64,000 nt of DNA from Massalongia carnosa (lineage: Eukaryota): contig OZ287068.1 in the NCBI GenBank assembly GCA_965645245.1, positions 3,038,001 to 3,102,000 of the forward strand, read 5' to 3'. The notes beneath the pieces are model-generated. The model searched no databases. It had not been told where the DNA came from and saw only the letters and a program-made list of their open reading frames with translations. Shown here piece after piece: positions 38,577 through 50,529 of this stretch (position 1 is its first letter; every line of letters starts with the position of its first letter). The position numbers and the translations under genes were made by a program.

Positions 38577-39293
38577 TTACATCCCTATTCTTTTTCTCCA
38601 CCCATCCCTAAATACCTCCCAAGCCTCAACTGCCTTTCCCTCATTCCGAACCCTCTGCACCAAGAATCCCTTCAAATCTTCCCAAAACTCATCACTCTGA
38701 AGCACCTTATCTCCACTCGGTCCCTGCGCCACCGGTCCCTTTCCTTGCTCCGCACTCTTCGAATCTCTTTCTTGATGGCTTACAGCAGTGGCGCCCCCAA
38801 TCAGCATAACGCTAAACTCAACCTCTTTCGCTAGATCCTCGAGCCCGACTACCTCTTTGACAGTCCGCGAATCTGAGCATGGTTTCTTCTTGTAAAGGAT
38901 CCGAATATTCTCCGTCCCTAACCCCTGCGCAGCAAGTTCTTTCGCTACAACGGCTTTCAGCTCGTGGATACTGGTAGTCGGGGACTGCGAGGAAAGGGAA
39001 AGAGAAAGTGGTGGGTTTCGTAGGGATTTGAGGAGGATATTTATAGTGGGTTCTGAGCCAGGGACCGAGGAGGGCGTTGGTTGGCGCATTGGGTGGGGCA
39101 TGCGAGGGAGGGTATACTGGGGTTGTACGGGTTAGTACGTTTGGGGAGAGAGTGGGAGGAATGCAAGGGGGAACTGCCGTACAGGGCCTTTTGGCTCAAG
39201 GGTTATGGGGTCAGCGACATAGTCTGGTTGAAGCTTTACAGGGCGCGATCCGAGAGTGGAAAGGAGTTTTTTGGCGAAGGAAATTTCAGTCAT
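38577..39293 (-). CDS. GET5: Get5/Mdy2-like ubiquitin-like protein (2 exons)
   Basis: Exons 39293-39183 and 39116-38577. MTEISFAKKLLSTLGSRPVKLQPDY..YTLPRMP N-terminal domain, UBL (IRILYKKKP), and C-terminal FWEDLKGFLVQR dimerisation-like motif. Confidence 0.85.
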
Positions 39294-39478
39294 GATGATG
39301 AGTGGGGATATTGTAGGTAACTAGAATCTCAACGGAAGCCTTGATATCAGATCGCGCTAAGATAGTTACATAATCCTCTACTAGCAGGGGTCCTTCGACC
39401 ACGAACTTTTTCTCGCCGACAAGTTCATATCTAAGTACTCTGTGCAGGACTCGAATCTTTCACATCACTATCGCAGCA

Positions 39479-41494
39479 ATGGGTGTAGGTCGTCGCATGA
39501 AAAAGCAAGGCCCTCCGTCACCTCTCGATGAGTCTAAAATATCCTCAATACAAAAACGAAAAGCCGCCGAAGCTGAATTTGGTGGGCGGGGGAAAAAGAG
39601 AAAGGCATCTGGAGAAGTCAAGGCGCCTGCGAGGACGGGAAAACTTGCCAATGCCACAATGAATTCAGCCTTGGGCCAGAAATCAAAAAGTCATAATATC
39701 AATGGCAAAGCCGGTCGACCTGAGAAGGGAGAAAGGTTTATAGTTAAGCCGTCCATTCAGAAGCAAGTTGTACGTCCTCCAGAGAGCTCGGATGACGATG
39801 CAGCGGATCTGCTGGGAGGGGTGGACAGTGATGAGATAGATGAAACTGGGGACGCTCTACTCCCAGACGAATTTCTTGACTCCGGATCTTCGGTCTATGA
39901 CTCGGACCTTCAACACCGAGAGGCCATGTTCTCTGAAGATGAGGACGAGTCTGATGCGGGGGAAAAGCTAACTGCTGCGAATATTGAAGGATTGTCAAGG
40001 AAGCTCGACGAACAAAATGAAGACGAGGCAGCTGAGGCGCGATTAGAGCTGGAAGAGGCTGCTTTGCAAACAAACATCGATGGGGACCGACCTTGCGTGT
40101 TAGAAGAAGTGGAAGACGAGGAAAATGGCATGGACGCAATGACTCGGCTAGCACCAGATCTGCAGCTGCTTCGCTCCCGCATCACAGACACGATCCGCGT
40201 TCTTGGCGATTTCTTCAAGCTGGCCGAGGAAGGGCGATCGAGAGCGGAATACACCGCGCAATTACTAAAAGACATTTGCCTTTACTACGGCTACTCCCCT
40301 TTCCTGGCCGAAAAGCTGTACAATCTATTCCCCCCTCAAGAAGCCTTTGCGTTTTTCGAAGCTAACGAGTCCGCCCGTCCGGTTGTCATCCGCACAAATA
40401 CCCTCCGCACTCACCGCCGTGACCTCGCCCAATCTCTTATCAACCGCGGCGTGACTCTCGAGCCCGTAGGGAAGTGGTCGAAAGTGGGCCTACAGATTTT
40501 TGAAAGTCAAGTGCCGCTGGGCGCCACCCCAGAATATCTTGCCGGCCACTACATACTGCAAGCGGCCTCCTCCTTCCTCCCCGTCATGGCTCTTGCGCCG
40601 CAGGAACACGAGCGCATCCTCGACATGGCCGCCGCTCCGGGGGGCAAAACAACATACATCGCGGCCCTTATGAAGAACACTGGTTGCATCTTCGCGAATG
40701 ACAGCAATAAGGCGCGCGCCAAGGGCCTGATCGGCAACATCCACCGTCTCGGCGCCAAGAACACCATCGTCTGTAGCTACGACGCGCGCGAGTTCCCCAA
40801 AGTCATCGGCGGCTTTGATCGCGTACTGCTAGACGCGCCCTGCTCCGGCACTGGTGTCATCGCCAAGGACCCTAGCGTTAAAACCAACAAGACGGAACGC
40901 GACTTTCTGTTGCTGCCGCACCTGCAAAAACAGCTGCTGCTATGCGCCATTGACAGCGTCGACCACGCCAGCAAGACTGGGGGCTATGTAGTGTATTCGA
41001 CCTGCAGCGTCACAGTAGAGGAGAACGAGCAGGTGGTGCAGTACGCGCTACGTAAGCGCCCGAACGTGCGCGTGGTCGAAACGGGCCTCTCGTTCGGCGT
41101 CGAGGGCTTCGTCAGCTATATGGGGAAAAGCTTCGACGCGCGTATGAGGATGGCCCGACGCTTCTACCCGCACAAGTACAACGTCGATGGCTTCTTCGTA
41201 TGCAAGTTGCGGAAGCTGGGGCTGTCGCCGGGCGCGAGCCTGAAAGACGCGACGGCCAGCCATAGCAGGAACGGGTCGGAAGCGGCGGCGAATGGAGACT
41301 CCGGGGCACGGAATGGTGTCGTGGCCGTGGACGTGGAGGGGGGAGATGGGGGGGCGGAAGAGGAGTTTGGCGGGTTCGAGGACGAGGAGGACGAGCGCTA
41401 TATTCAGCGCGCGCGCCGGAGCCGACTGAGGAGGAGAGGTATGGATCCGAGGGCTGATCGGAAGAGTGGGAGGGGGTTAGATAGCAAGGGATGA
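39479..41494 (+). CDS. NOP2: 25S rRNA m5C methyltransferase Nop2
   Basis: MGVGRRMKKQGPP start; IRTNTLRT, GATPEYLAGHY, LDMAAAPGGKT, DRVLLDAPCSG, VYSTCS, RFYPH..DGFF. Single exon. Confidence 0.97.
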   Translation: MGVGRRMKKQGPPSPLDESKISSIQKRKAAEAEFGGRGKKRKASGEVKAPARTGKLANATMNSALGQKSKSHNINGKAGRPEKGERFIVKPSIQKQVVRPPESSDDDAADLLGGVDSDEIDETGDALLPDEFLDSGSSVYDSDLQHREAMFSEDEDESDAGEKLTAANIEGLSRKLDEQNEDEAAEARLELEEAALQTNIDGDRPCVLEEVEDEENGMDAMTRLAPDLQLLRSRITDTIRVLGDFFKLAEEGRSRAEYTAQLLKDICLYYGYSPFLAEKLYNLFPPQEAFAFFEANESARPVVIRTNTLRTHRRDLAQSLINRGVTLEPVGKWSKVGLQIFESQVPLGATPEYLAGHYILQAASSFLPVMALAPQEHERILDMAAAPGGKTTYIAALMKNTGCIFANDSNKARAKGLIGNIHRLGAKNTIVCSYDAREFPKVIGGFDRVLLDAPCSGTGVIAKDPSVKTNKTERDFLLLPHLQKQLLLCAIDSVDHASKTGGYVVYSTCSVTVEENEQVVQYALRKRPNVRVVETGLSFGVEGFVSYMGKSFDARMRMARRFYPHKYNVDGFFVCKLRKLGLSPGASLKDATASHSRNGSEAAANGDSGARNGVVAVDVEGGDGGAEEEFGGFEDEEDERYIQRARRSRLRRRGMDPRADRKSGRGLDSKG

Positions 41495-42027
41495 ATGAAT
41501 GAGTAGAAAGAATATTCTCGGGAATTTACTCTCATACCTATCTATCTACCTACTGATCTACTTCAACCAGGTATCTATCGACCATCCATTCATCCATTCA
41601 TCCAACCCCAAAAAACACTAAGTATAACTAGGAATCACTTAACAGCAACTCCCTCCCTTTCTCTCCGACCCCTCGATCTTTCCTCCCAGATTCCACTCCG
41701 CCCCAATCCCGCCTCAAAAAACCAGGGGGGGGGTTTTCCGCAATTGCAAGTGTGTGTGTGTACCTGTCAAAAGCAAATTCTTCCTTTCTTGGTAATAATG
41801 GTTCATCAAGAATGGATGGTCGATGAGAAACATGCTATTCAAGGATTTTTTGGGGGGGGGGGGGGGGGGAGAACCAGGAATTCTTTACAATAATTCACAT
41901 CGCCTTTTTCCTCGTAAAGGTTACTTACAAATCATCAATCATGAATGGAATTTCGGGCCTCAAGCTCCCACTGCATACACAGTTCAGCCAAACACCCACA
42001 AACCATCAACGCCTCCCACTTTCCTCC

Positions 42028-45000
42028 TCACGTCTTCCAAATCCTCACCACGGCTCGAACGCTCTTCCTGCATACAGGGCAAATTTCGACTTGTTTCGCG
42101 CATGCCTCGCACGCGGCCACATGTCCGCAGTCGTAAAATAGTGCGTCCATCTCCTCCTCGTAGCAAATGCGGCACAGCTGGAGCTCCTCGTCAGCGACCT
42201 CGAACTGCATAGTCCCCTTGCCATGACGCTTGCGCTTCCGGAATCCGCCAATGTAGATGTTGCCTGTTTTCGCGTACACCATTTTGCCCTGGCCATTGGG
42301 CTCGTTAGACTTCCATTGCCCCGTGTAGGTGTCGCCGTTTGCAAACGCCATGGTGCCGTGCCCGGACATGGTGCCTGCGACAAAATTTCCAGAGTAAGCA
42401 TCGCCGGCCATGGTAATGCGCACCCCGAGACCATGGGGACGGCCGTATTTTTGAGCAGCCGAGGTGTAAGAACTGCCGAAGTAGGATTCGAGCCGGTGAT
42501 CTTGCAGGTATGAGGGATCTCCTTGATGATGAAGCCATGTGAAGAAATCGATAGGGTTGGTGCATTTGCCTTCTGCCTCGAGCTTCACGATCCTATAAGT
42601 AAAATGATTCGTTAGATATTGCAACAATCAAGATATCAATCCTTCACAATTGGAAGATCACTTACTCTAATTCAGAAGCTCGAAGCTGTACAATGAAGAT
42701 AGAGCCGTCTGGGAAAATGGCGTTGTCATTGTGGCGGAAAGTGCTGTTCGTTCTCACACGGTGTTTCTCCCTAAGCCGTAAAGATATTTCATGGAAAATA
42801 TCGAATGCTTCATCGGGCCCTAGGGAAAGCACGCGCCGGACTACGTCCCCAATCTTTTCTACTTGCTTTGCGAAGAAACCACCAACCCCTCGTAATGTTT
42901 GATTTTGACAATCGAACACCTTGAGGAAGAAGTATATCCTCTCGACATGAGATTTAGGCGGGCTTTGAGTTCCAGATATCCAACTTAGCGAGGCTTCTGT
43001 ACTGACCGGCGGAACCGGCTCTTCACTAATCCCAATATCCTGCGCCTCGTCCATAATGGTGTCTTCATCGTTTGCGGAGCCTTCAGCCAGGCTTGAACTT
43101 GGCTCGTCTGCATTCTCGTGAGCCGCCCCGGCCAGAATTTCTCCGTTCTGGGAATCTTGGACGTCGTGATCTTGACTGCCGTTTGCAGAATGATCTTGAT
43201 CTGATGGTGCAGATTCTCTAGCTGCCGGAGGTTGCTCTGGCGCAGGCATGACCGGTGGCTCTTCGGCAATAACTTCATAACGCTGGGTCATTTCCTCGAC
43301 TTCGGTAGGCGGTATGACGTGGAGCCAGAAGTGGCAGCCTTCGTACGATCTTGCCACTTCATCAAGGCGGAGAACTTCTGGAATGGATGATATAAAGAGC
43401 GGCGATCCTCTCACGCTTTTCTCCGTGTTGTTATCCAAAGCCCATAACCTAAAAGTCTCATGCTTATCCACTTTCCTATTCTGCTCTACGAGATATCTTT
43501 CCAGCTGCACAAGAGTGGTCGATCTTGCAAACTCGAGTTTCAGTGATGGTGAGTTCTGAAGAACCCACGGGTTCAGTATGCCTTTACCAGCGTGGTTCCT
43601 GAAGAGGTCTGATTGGTAAATCCGGACTGAAATCTTCTTCTCTACCGTCTCCTCCTGGTCAGAGGTCGATTTGACTTCCTCGGCTAACGATTTTGAGTCG
43701 TCTTTGCTCGGAATTAGGGTTGAGCGTACTAACTCCATACCACTTGAAAGGATTTGCGACAATGAGTCAGTGCGCACATACATGACAATGTACGCCACAG
43801 CTGCACTGCCTTCTGATTTCTCTCCAGTACCTTCGTGACCTTCTGATTTCTCTCCAGTCCCTTCGTGACCCGCGATAGCTTGTTTAGTCGTTAGGCGAGT
43901 AACGCCTTTTCTATCTCGGTCGCTAGCATATTTTACCCAGAATGAGCCGGGTCCTCCCGGCCGGATGACCGAATAATAGTCATTCGATTCCAGATCACCG
44001 GTATGAACGATCATACCGTACAGGGTGTAGTCCAATGTCCTTTCTGAAAACGGCAGGTCGATGGCGAGTGTCTCGTCGATTCGGATTTTATGGGTTAGCT
44101 TCTTCCACCGTCTAGATTGCGGAACGTATTTCTGGCGCTGAAGTTCAACCTGTAGAACTGAAGAATACTCCCCCATAGCCTGTTGGTGTACAGAAGGGTT
44201 CTTCCTCTTCATGCTTAACGCTCTTTTCACGGTTTCTAGAACGCTACTTGGTTGCATGACCACAGATCCTTTCGTCCCCAAAAGTTCGCCAACAGACTGC
44301 TCCTCCTTTGGTAGATCGACTTGTCTGAGAGTCAAAACGTCTCGGAAGAAGTTTCGCCCGTTTTTCGCTTCAGTCCCACCTGACGCTTCCAGATTGAGCG
44401 TGCGCCGTAAGGTCTCCCAAGTTGCCACCACGTCCATTTTAGAATTGTAGAAATCCTCACCATACCACCTCAAGATGCTTGCAATGTTCCCTAACGAGGC
44501 TTCGGAGGGCTCCATTGATAAAGAACACCCCATGGATCCCAGGGTTTCGCGGAAAAGCTGTTGGAATGCATCAGCCAACGGTGTGGACTGGCCTCGATAA
44601 TCGTCGTTCACGTTTAGGTGTCGCATTGATAAGATATCAGTGATCGGGGCCAAATATAGCCAGGTCGACAGCGCTGCGATCAGGGCGCTGGACTGAAAGT
44701 TCCCGCAAACCAAGCGTTTGAACCCTACTCTTGCAACGCTATCCCATTCGGGCTTTTCTTTGGGTGGATGCCACCACAATGCTCTAGTATCATCTTGTAC
44801 CGTACGAATGTAAGCTGTAAAGGTCAATCTATCGTTCCGAAGGAGGGCCTGGCGTTGAAAGCGCTGTCGCTTGTGGATTTCATTCCATGGACCATGGAAT
44901 CTTGTCCAGCCCCAATCGGGATTGTCGTTATAGTAACGGTGAGAGCTTTTTTGATAGACGTGGACTCGTGGCTCATCCGGATTGTGAATTATGCAGCTCA

Positions 45001-46635
45001 CCTGAGCTGCCACCTCCCAAAAGACAGTAGCCTCAGACTTTCCTTCCCCTGTTACCGTTGGGGCCGACTGAAGAAGTCTCCCAGAGAGGCTCACAGGAAG
45101 CTCTGCATCTTGGCTGGCAGCTCCGGGGTTCGTCGCTACTTGTGCTTCATCGTCTGTGAGGTTTTCCGAACCAACTTGTGTAGATGTTGTTTTGTCCTCT
45201 TCATGTACGCTCGCAGCAGATGTAATGACTTCAACTTCCATGCTCTTCTTCTCTTCGTACGGCGCGTTCGAACATTCAATGTACACACTCAGTTGCTCTG
45301 TTCCATCGTTGCCCCGTGGATAGTATTTTATGTTCCAATAATGACCTCCTATCAAGACCGAGGGAGATCTCATGATCTTTTCCTTGTTGGGCTTATCAGG
45401 AGTTCCGTTCACTCCTTGCACGGTCCAAGTGATGCGACCCGACTCTCCAGGAATGTATTCTGGATCTTTTAATACTTCGTAGGTCAAATTTTCCCAATGT
45501 TCATCTTTTCAACGTTCAGCATAGAACCTTTGACAAAGCACGACAGTAGCAACAACACTTACGGTCAAGAGCGCTGATTTCATCCATGGTTTCTTCAATA
45601 GCTTTGAGCTCTTCCTCATCTGGGCCGGATGTGTCCTCCCTGATATTTGCCCAAAGCGGATAATCCTCATCATCTGTGGAATCTTCATCTTGACTCTCCT
45701 CTTCCCGTTCAACGCTCCACTCTCCTCTTGGTTCTGCTACATCCCATACAGGAGGGGCGACTGGATCAATTACAGCTGGCCGAGGCGGAGCAGGGGGATC
45801 TGTTATAAATAATTCGCCATCTGCCCGAGGGGCATCAGCTTGGATGGGGGGTGCTGGGGCAGAACCAGACCCAGCTTCAACAGCTAGAGGTGGGAATGCA
45901 ACAGAATTCCTTGCTGACGAAACCTCCACCCCCGATGATGTACCATCAGCCCTTGGTGTTGCATCACCATATGTAGAGACCGTCCTGTCGTTTGACAACA
46001 TGTGGGCAACACCATTACGGTCGGTTGAGGAAGGAGTTAACAGGATCGTGGATGCATCCAACACCTGGCCTAATTCGGATGTATCAGCGGAACTCGGATC
46101 GTAAGCGCTATCAAGGACGAGAATGCATGGACCTACCAGCTTCTGAATGTAGGTTGCCGTCCCGGGCCGCGGGGCTGTCTGGAGTTGTATCCATGATTTC
46201 TCCATCTTCCAGTTGCACCGCCTCTACGGCAGACAGCTCACCTGAATCCTCTAATCCTTCTGGAGAACGATGTTCAACCTCCGACCGAACACTTACCACA
46301 TCATCCGTCTCCATTCTATCATGATTTTGCCCGTTGACTTCTGGAAGATTGCCAGTATTCCCGGAGACTGAATCCTGCCTGACTTGAGCCATCACGAAGG
46401 GGGAGATCGAAGGTGAGGTTCGATTCATCACCACAAAACTACTCTCGCCGTTTGTTGACGATCTAATCGAGTTGTTGGCGGAGGAATCGTTCAATCTCCG
46501 CGGGGAAGCCGCCTCTGGCGAGCTGTATCGATTGTGTCGGCGTAGGGCAGAAGGTTCTGTGTTCCGATTCACACCGTCAAAAGGCAAATGTTGAGACTCA
46601 GTACCACTCATCGGAGGATTCACAGCAATGTCCAT
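42028..46635 (-). CDS. MATH + USP/UCH-like + MORN + C-terminal RING finger protein (4 exons)
   Basis: Exons 46635-46137, 46069-45563, 45504-42666, 42592-42028. MATH (WNIKYYPRGN, DWGWTRF), USP His-box-like region (LYGMIVHTGD), MORN repeats (GDTYTGQW), RING (CRICYE..CGHVAACEAC..CPVCR). Confidence 0.88.
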
Positions 46636-47295
46636 GATAGCTTAGCTGTTTCGGGGGATGGTCGGATGCCGTAAGGCGAGAGTTAACGAGAATGGCTGCT
46701 GTTAGGCGGGGCTGTGGAGGATGAGTCAGGATGGGTAATTCGTCATTTGTCGTCCTCCGTCATTCGTCAATCACATATACTGTATACAGGCCCTTTCCGC
46801 AAAGATCAAGAGAGTGAGACGATGGTCCAATAGAATATGATGGGAAGCATAGCAAAGCACTGGCGTCCCGTCAGCATCAGCATCAGAAAACGAAGCCCAC
46901 GTTCAGCCATTACCTAAAAGAAGTCTAAACGAGAATCAATAACTGGGAACGACTTGATACGGAGTAGCAATGGGTTTTGAATGAGGGTCCACTTTGGATA
47001 AGTAAGCCCGTATGAGGTGGAATGATAGGCAGGCGATCAAGACTGAGGAGAAATGGATTCATGCACGAGTGCAGAGTACAGAGCAGGAATCGACCGGGGG
47101 TCTACTGAGTTTAAATAATAATCCAGCAAAGAACAAGACGGTGGAGGCGGAGGCTGCACATGCGAAGGCTGTTATTCTGCGGATTTGCAGAGCCAGTCAC
47201 ACCGCCAATGGGAAAGGTGCAGAAGGTGGTGGGAGTAGTGCATGCAGACCCGCAGGAGGCACCAGTAACCAAGTGCTGGAGCAGTTACAGTAACG

Positions 47296-47460
47296 TTAGG
47301 GATTACGAAGTACACAGTCGAGAGAAGGCAAAACCCGAAAGAGGAGGGAACTAGCTTATTTGCAAGAGCAGGCAGCGGTGGACCGGGGTGTCAGGGACTG
47401 AAGAGGGTTAGGCCCGTTAGGGTTAGCGAAGCGGGCTAGTTAGGGTAAATGCATTTAGGG
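47296..47460 (+). promoter_or_regulatory. Cluster of telomere-like TTAGGG motifs (telo-boxes) upstream of the MATH-domain gene
   Basis: ttaggg at ~47296, 47417, 47440 and 47455, plus gggttagg at ~47405. Includes gttagggttag at 47416-47426. Confidence 0.5.
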
Positions 47461-48126
47461 CACGGACCAAGCGTTGATAAGGCTGATCCAGGTGAAAGGC
47501 AAATCTGTGTGTGTGTATGAGATTGTCCGTGAGACTGTGGGTGGGTAGTGTGCGGGTGTGTGGGTGGGGGTAAGAGTGGTGGGAGGCGGCTTGGGGGGTG
47601 GACACGAACGCCGACTGAACAAACGGTGCTTGTACCTGAATGAGAAGGATTTGTGGGAGGCGTAGAGGCTTGATTCAATTTAGCCTGTGCGGGTAGAGCA
47701 CCGTCACTCTGTCTTCACACACTCATACCCGGAATTGCGATCAAGGGCAACGTGGGCAGGTAAGTATTGACTGACAAGCTCACCAAATCATCACTGTCAT
47801 AAACATTACAAAGATCATGATTTTAATCATCGTACGCTTTACACAGATCATAAGGGGTTAGCTGTACCGAGTCAGACTTTGGGAACGTGGTTCAACGTCA
47901 AGTGCAAAATTATGCGTCTTGGTATGCGTCTTGCACTCGGACGAACAGAGCTGCTGTGGCTCGCAAAAAAGGCGTCGCGGTCCGTCCGCTCTGGGCCTTT
48001 CTCATATATCTTTGTTGCTCGCAGCATTCCATGCTCCAGAGATGGCATACATCTGGGCTCGATGTATAGTGCTCGAAGAGAGCTCTAAGATGCTTGATGC
48101 AAGAACGTTAGAAGGATCCTCAAAAC

Positions 48127-49328
48127 TTAGGTGCCGTTCGTAGATACTTGAGCGAAAGTCGCAGCAACGATTATCGGAAAGACCACCGTGGCCTCGGCGT
48201 AGACCTGGACTGTTAATCATGCAGGATATGTGGCAGCGTAGCAAGCACTCACCTTCACGCTTTCGCCGTCAGCCTTGATTTTCCCCCAACTTACAGCCTC
48301 GTCGGGTCTCGCACCGGCATCGCTTCCATCAAATTCTTGAGCAGTGTTAATGTAGACGGCGCTTTCGGCGCCATTGCGCATCAAACACGCGTTCGCAATG
48401 TGATGCTTGACAACACCTCCGCCAAGAATAATCATACCGGCTCTTTTGGCGTTCATGGCGATGTCGTTGATTTTGCGAATATCTCGAGTGATGCTAATGT
48501 CCAGCACTTGTGGCGAGGACTTGAAGGTATGAAAATACAGCATATCACCCAGGCTGCCGTCGGTCAAGGCAGGACAGAAAACAGGAATATCATTCTTATA
48601 AGCCCAGTAGTAAACCGAGTCGTGGTGATTGATTTCTTTTCCTAGTCGTCGAATGACGGTGCTTGGCGTCCACACCAAAGGTTCTTTGGTCGCTTTCGAA
48701 GCCTCCTGCTCGACCAGCATTGTGTCAAGAATCGGCATCACCCAGTCTTCAAAGTCGCAGTAATTGCTGTTGGGAACTATCAAATTTCCGATTCGGTTCA
48801 TTCCTTTCGCGCGTAGATCAGTACCTGGGCTGGAAAAGGAACCCAAATATGTAGGCGCAAGACATTTGATTAAATCTTCTTCCACGCCACCCGCAGTGGT
48901 TACTATGGCCGACACGTGCTTATGCTGAACTAAATATCGAAAAGTCTCTCGGAGGCCCGACGAAATCAGATTTGACGTATAACCAAGGAAAATGGTTGCG
49001 CCAATGTCAGTTCCAGGGACTCTCCAGGCTCTCTAAGCAAGCATAAGATTTCAGATCTAGCTAAGAAATCCATTTAGCTTACCAAGTCATTGATAATGCG
49101 GACCGCCTCGGCCACAGCAGTCGCTTGAAAGCCCATGTTGGCCATGCCAGCAACAAGTTCCTTCACGGTCATGTCTCGCTCTGTGAATTGTTCAAACTCA
49201 ATCCCTCTGATCTGCTGCATGTTTTTGGGCACAGGATCCGACGGTTTCAACACGGCATCTGCAGCAATTACAGGTGCGCCGAGGGCTGACTGGCCATGAT
49301 GAAGCGAACTGGAAGCCATGGTTGTCAT
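48127..49328 (-). CDS. DYS1: Deoxyhypusine synthase (3 exons)
   Basis: Exons 49328-49083, 49032-48253, 48204-48127. [67 protein letters not shown]. Confidence 0.97.
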
Positions 49329-50529
49329 CACGTTTGACCGCTGTCACTACTGCCTCGCATGGTAAAAGATTTAACTAGGTAGGTATAACATTGCACATCC
49401 ATTATCAAAGCAACTAGGATCGGCAAGGCGGCGGATCAAGATGTTAGTGGAATGCGCCAAGAACAGCCAATCATAAACTAGATACTCTGTCAGTAGTCTG
49501 TACTTTGTACCTTCCGTATCAGCAAAAGATGTGAGACAGACGATTGAGTCTACAGCTCCGTTTGTTTCCATCTCTGTATCTGTGCTGAGTACGGAGCATA
49601 AAGTACCAAAGAAGGAGCAGTTAGATGAAGTGCTACATGATGAAGTCAGCACGTGACGTCTAGCTAGCACAGGGGGATCGGGGCAAAATGCTTAATGGAC
49701 CAATCAAGTCGATGCGGATGCTTTAATTGGTACAGATTGAGTAAAGCGGGGTACAGGGAACGGCGGAATCAGGAAGTTCCACCTCCGTCGTCCGGAGTAA
49801 TCCAGGGGGCGAAGATACCGATTGGACGTTGCGAGCCCACCAGTGCCACCATTCGAGCCTTGTCCCGAGAAACTCTAACTCCCTCAGACCCAATCAGCGC
49901 TCGACGTCTACGCAGCCAGCCGCTTCCTCCCTCACCGAACTCTGATCTGTACTAATCTGAACGGAGACTGACCACCCACTCCGAGCCCACCTTTGAAACG
50001 TCTGCGCTTTACGACGTACTTACTCTGTACACCTCTGTACACCTCTGTCCGTCTATCTCCAGCGATTGCAACAGTGATAGACCAGCTTCCCCAAATACCC
50101 GAACCCCTAAGACCCTCCCTGTGGTATTCCAGCGTGCCTGCTGTCCTATCGCAGCTACTGACTCTGCACTGGATAGGATCGCGCATACCGCTCGTATGAC
50201 TTGCGATTTTTGTGACCAAAAAACGCTGTTGCAGGGGCCAAGGAAGCGTCGATTGTGACATTATTACGTACTTCGTTCGAACCATCAACTAAACACCCAT
50301 TCCGATTCCTGGGATTGTGATCAAGGTAAGAGCCTCGTCTGGAGAATCCTGACCTACTGTGACCGCCACAACGAATCTGATCAAAGACTGCCGTGATGAA
50401 GTTGTAGATCAGATTGCTGAGACATCCATCATCATTTAGATTCAGGTAGCGGCAACGATCTCCGTGCGATTTCTCAATCTACTCAGATATACAACTTAGA
50501 ATTCAAGAAGTGAATCCTGATCATGTTCC

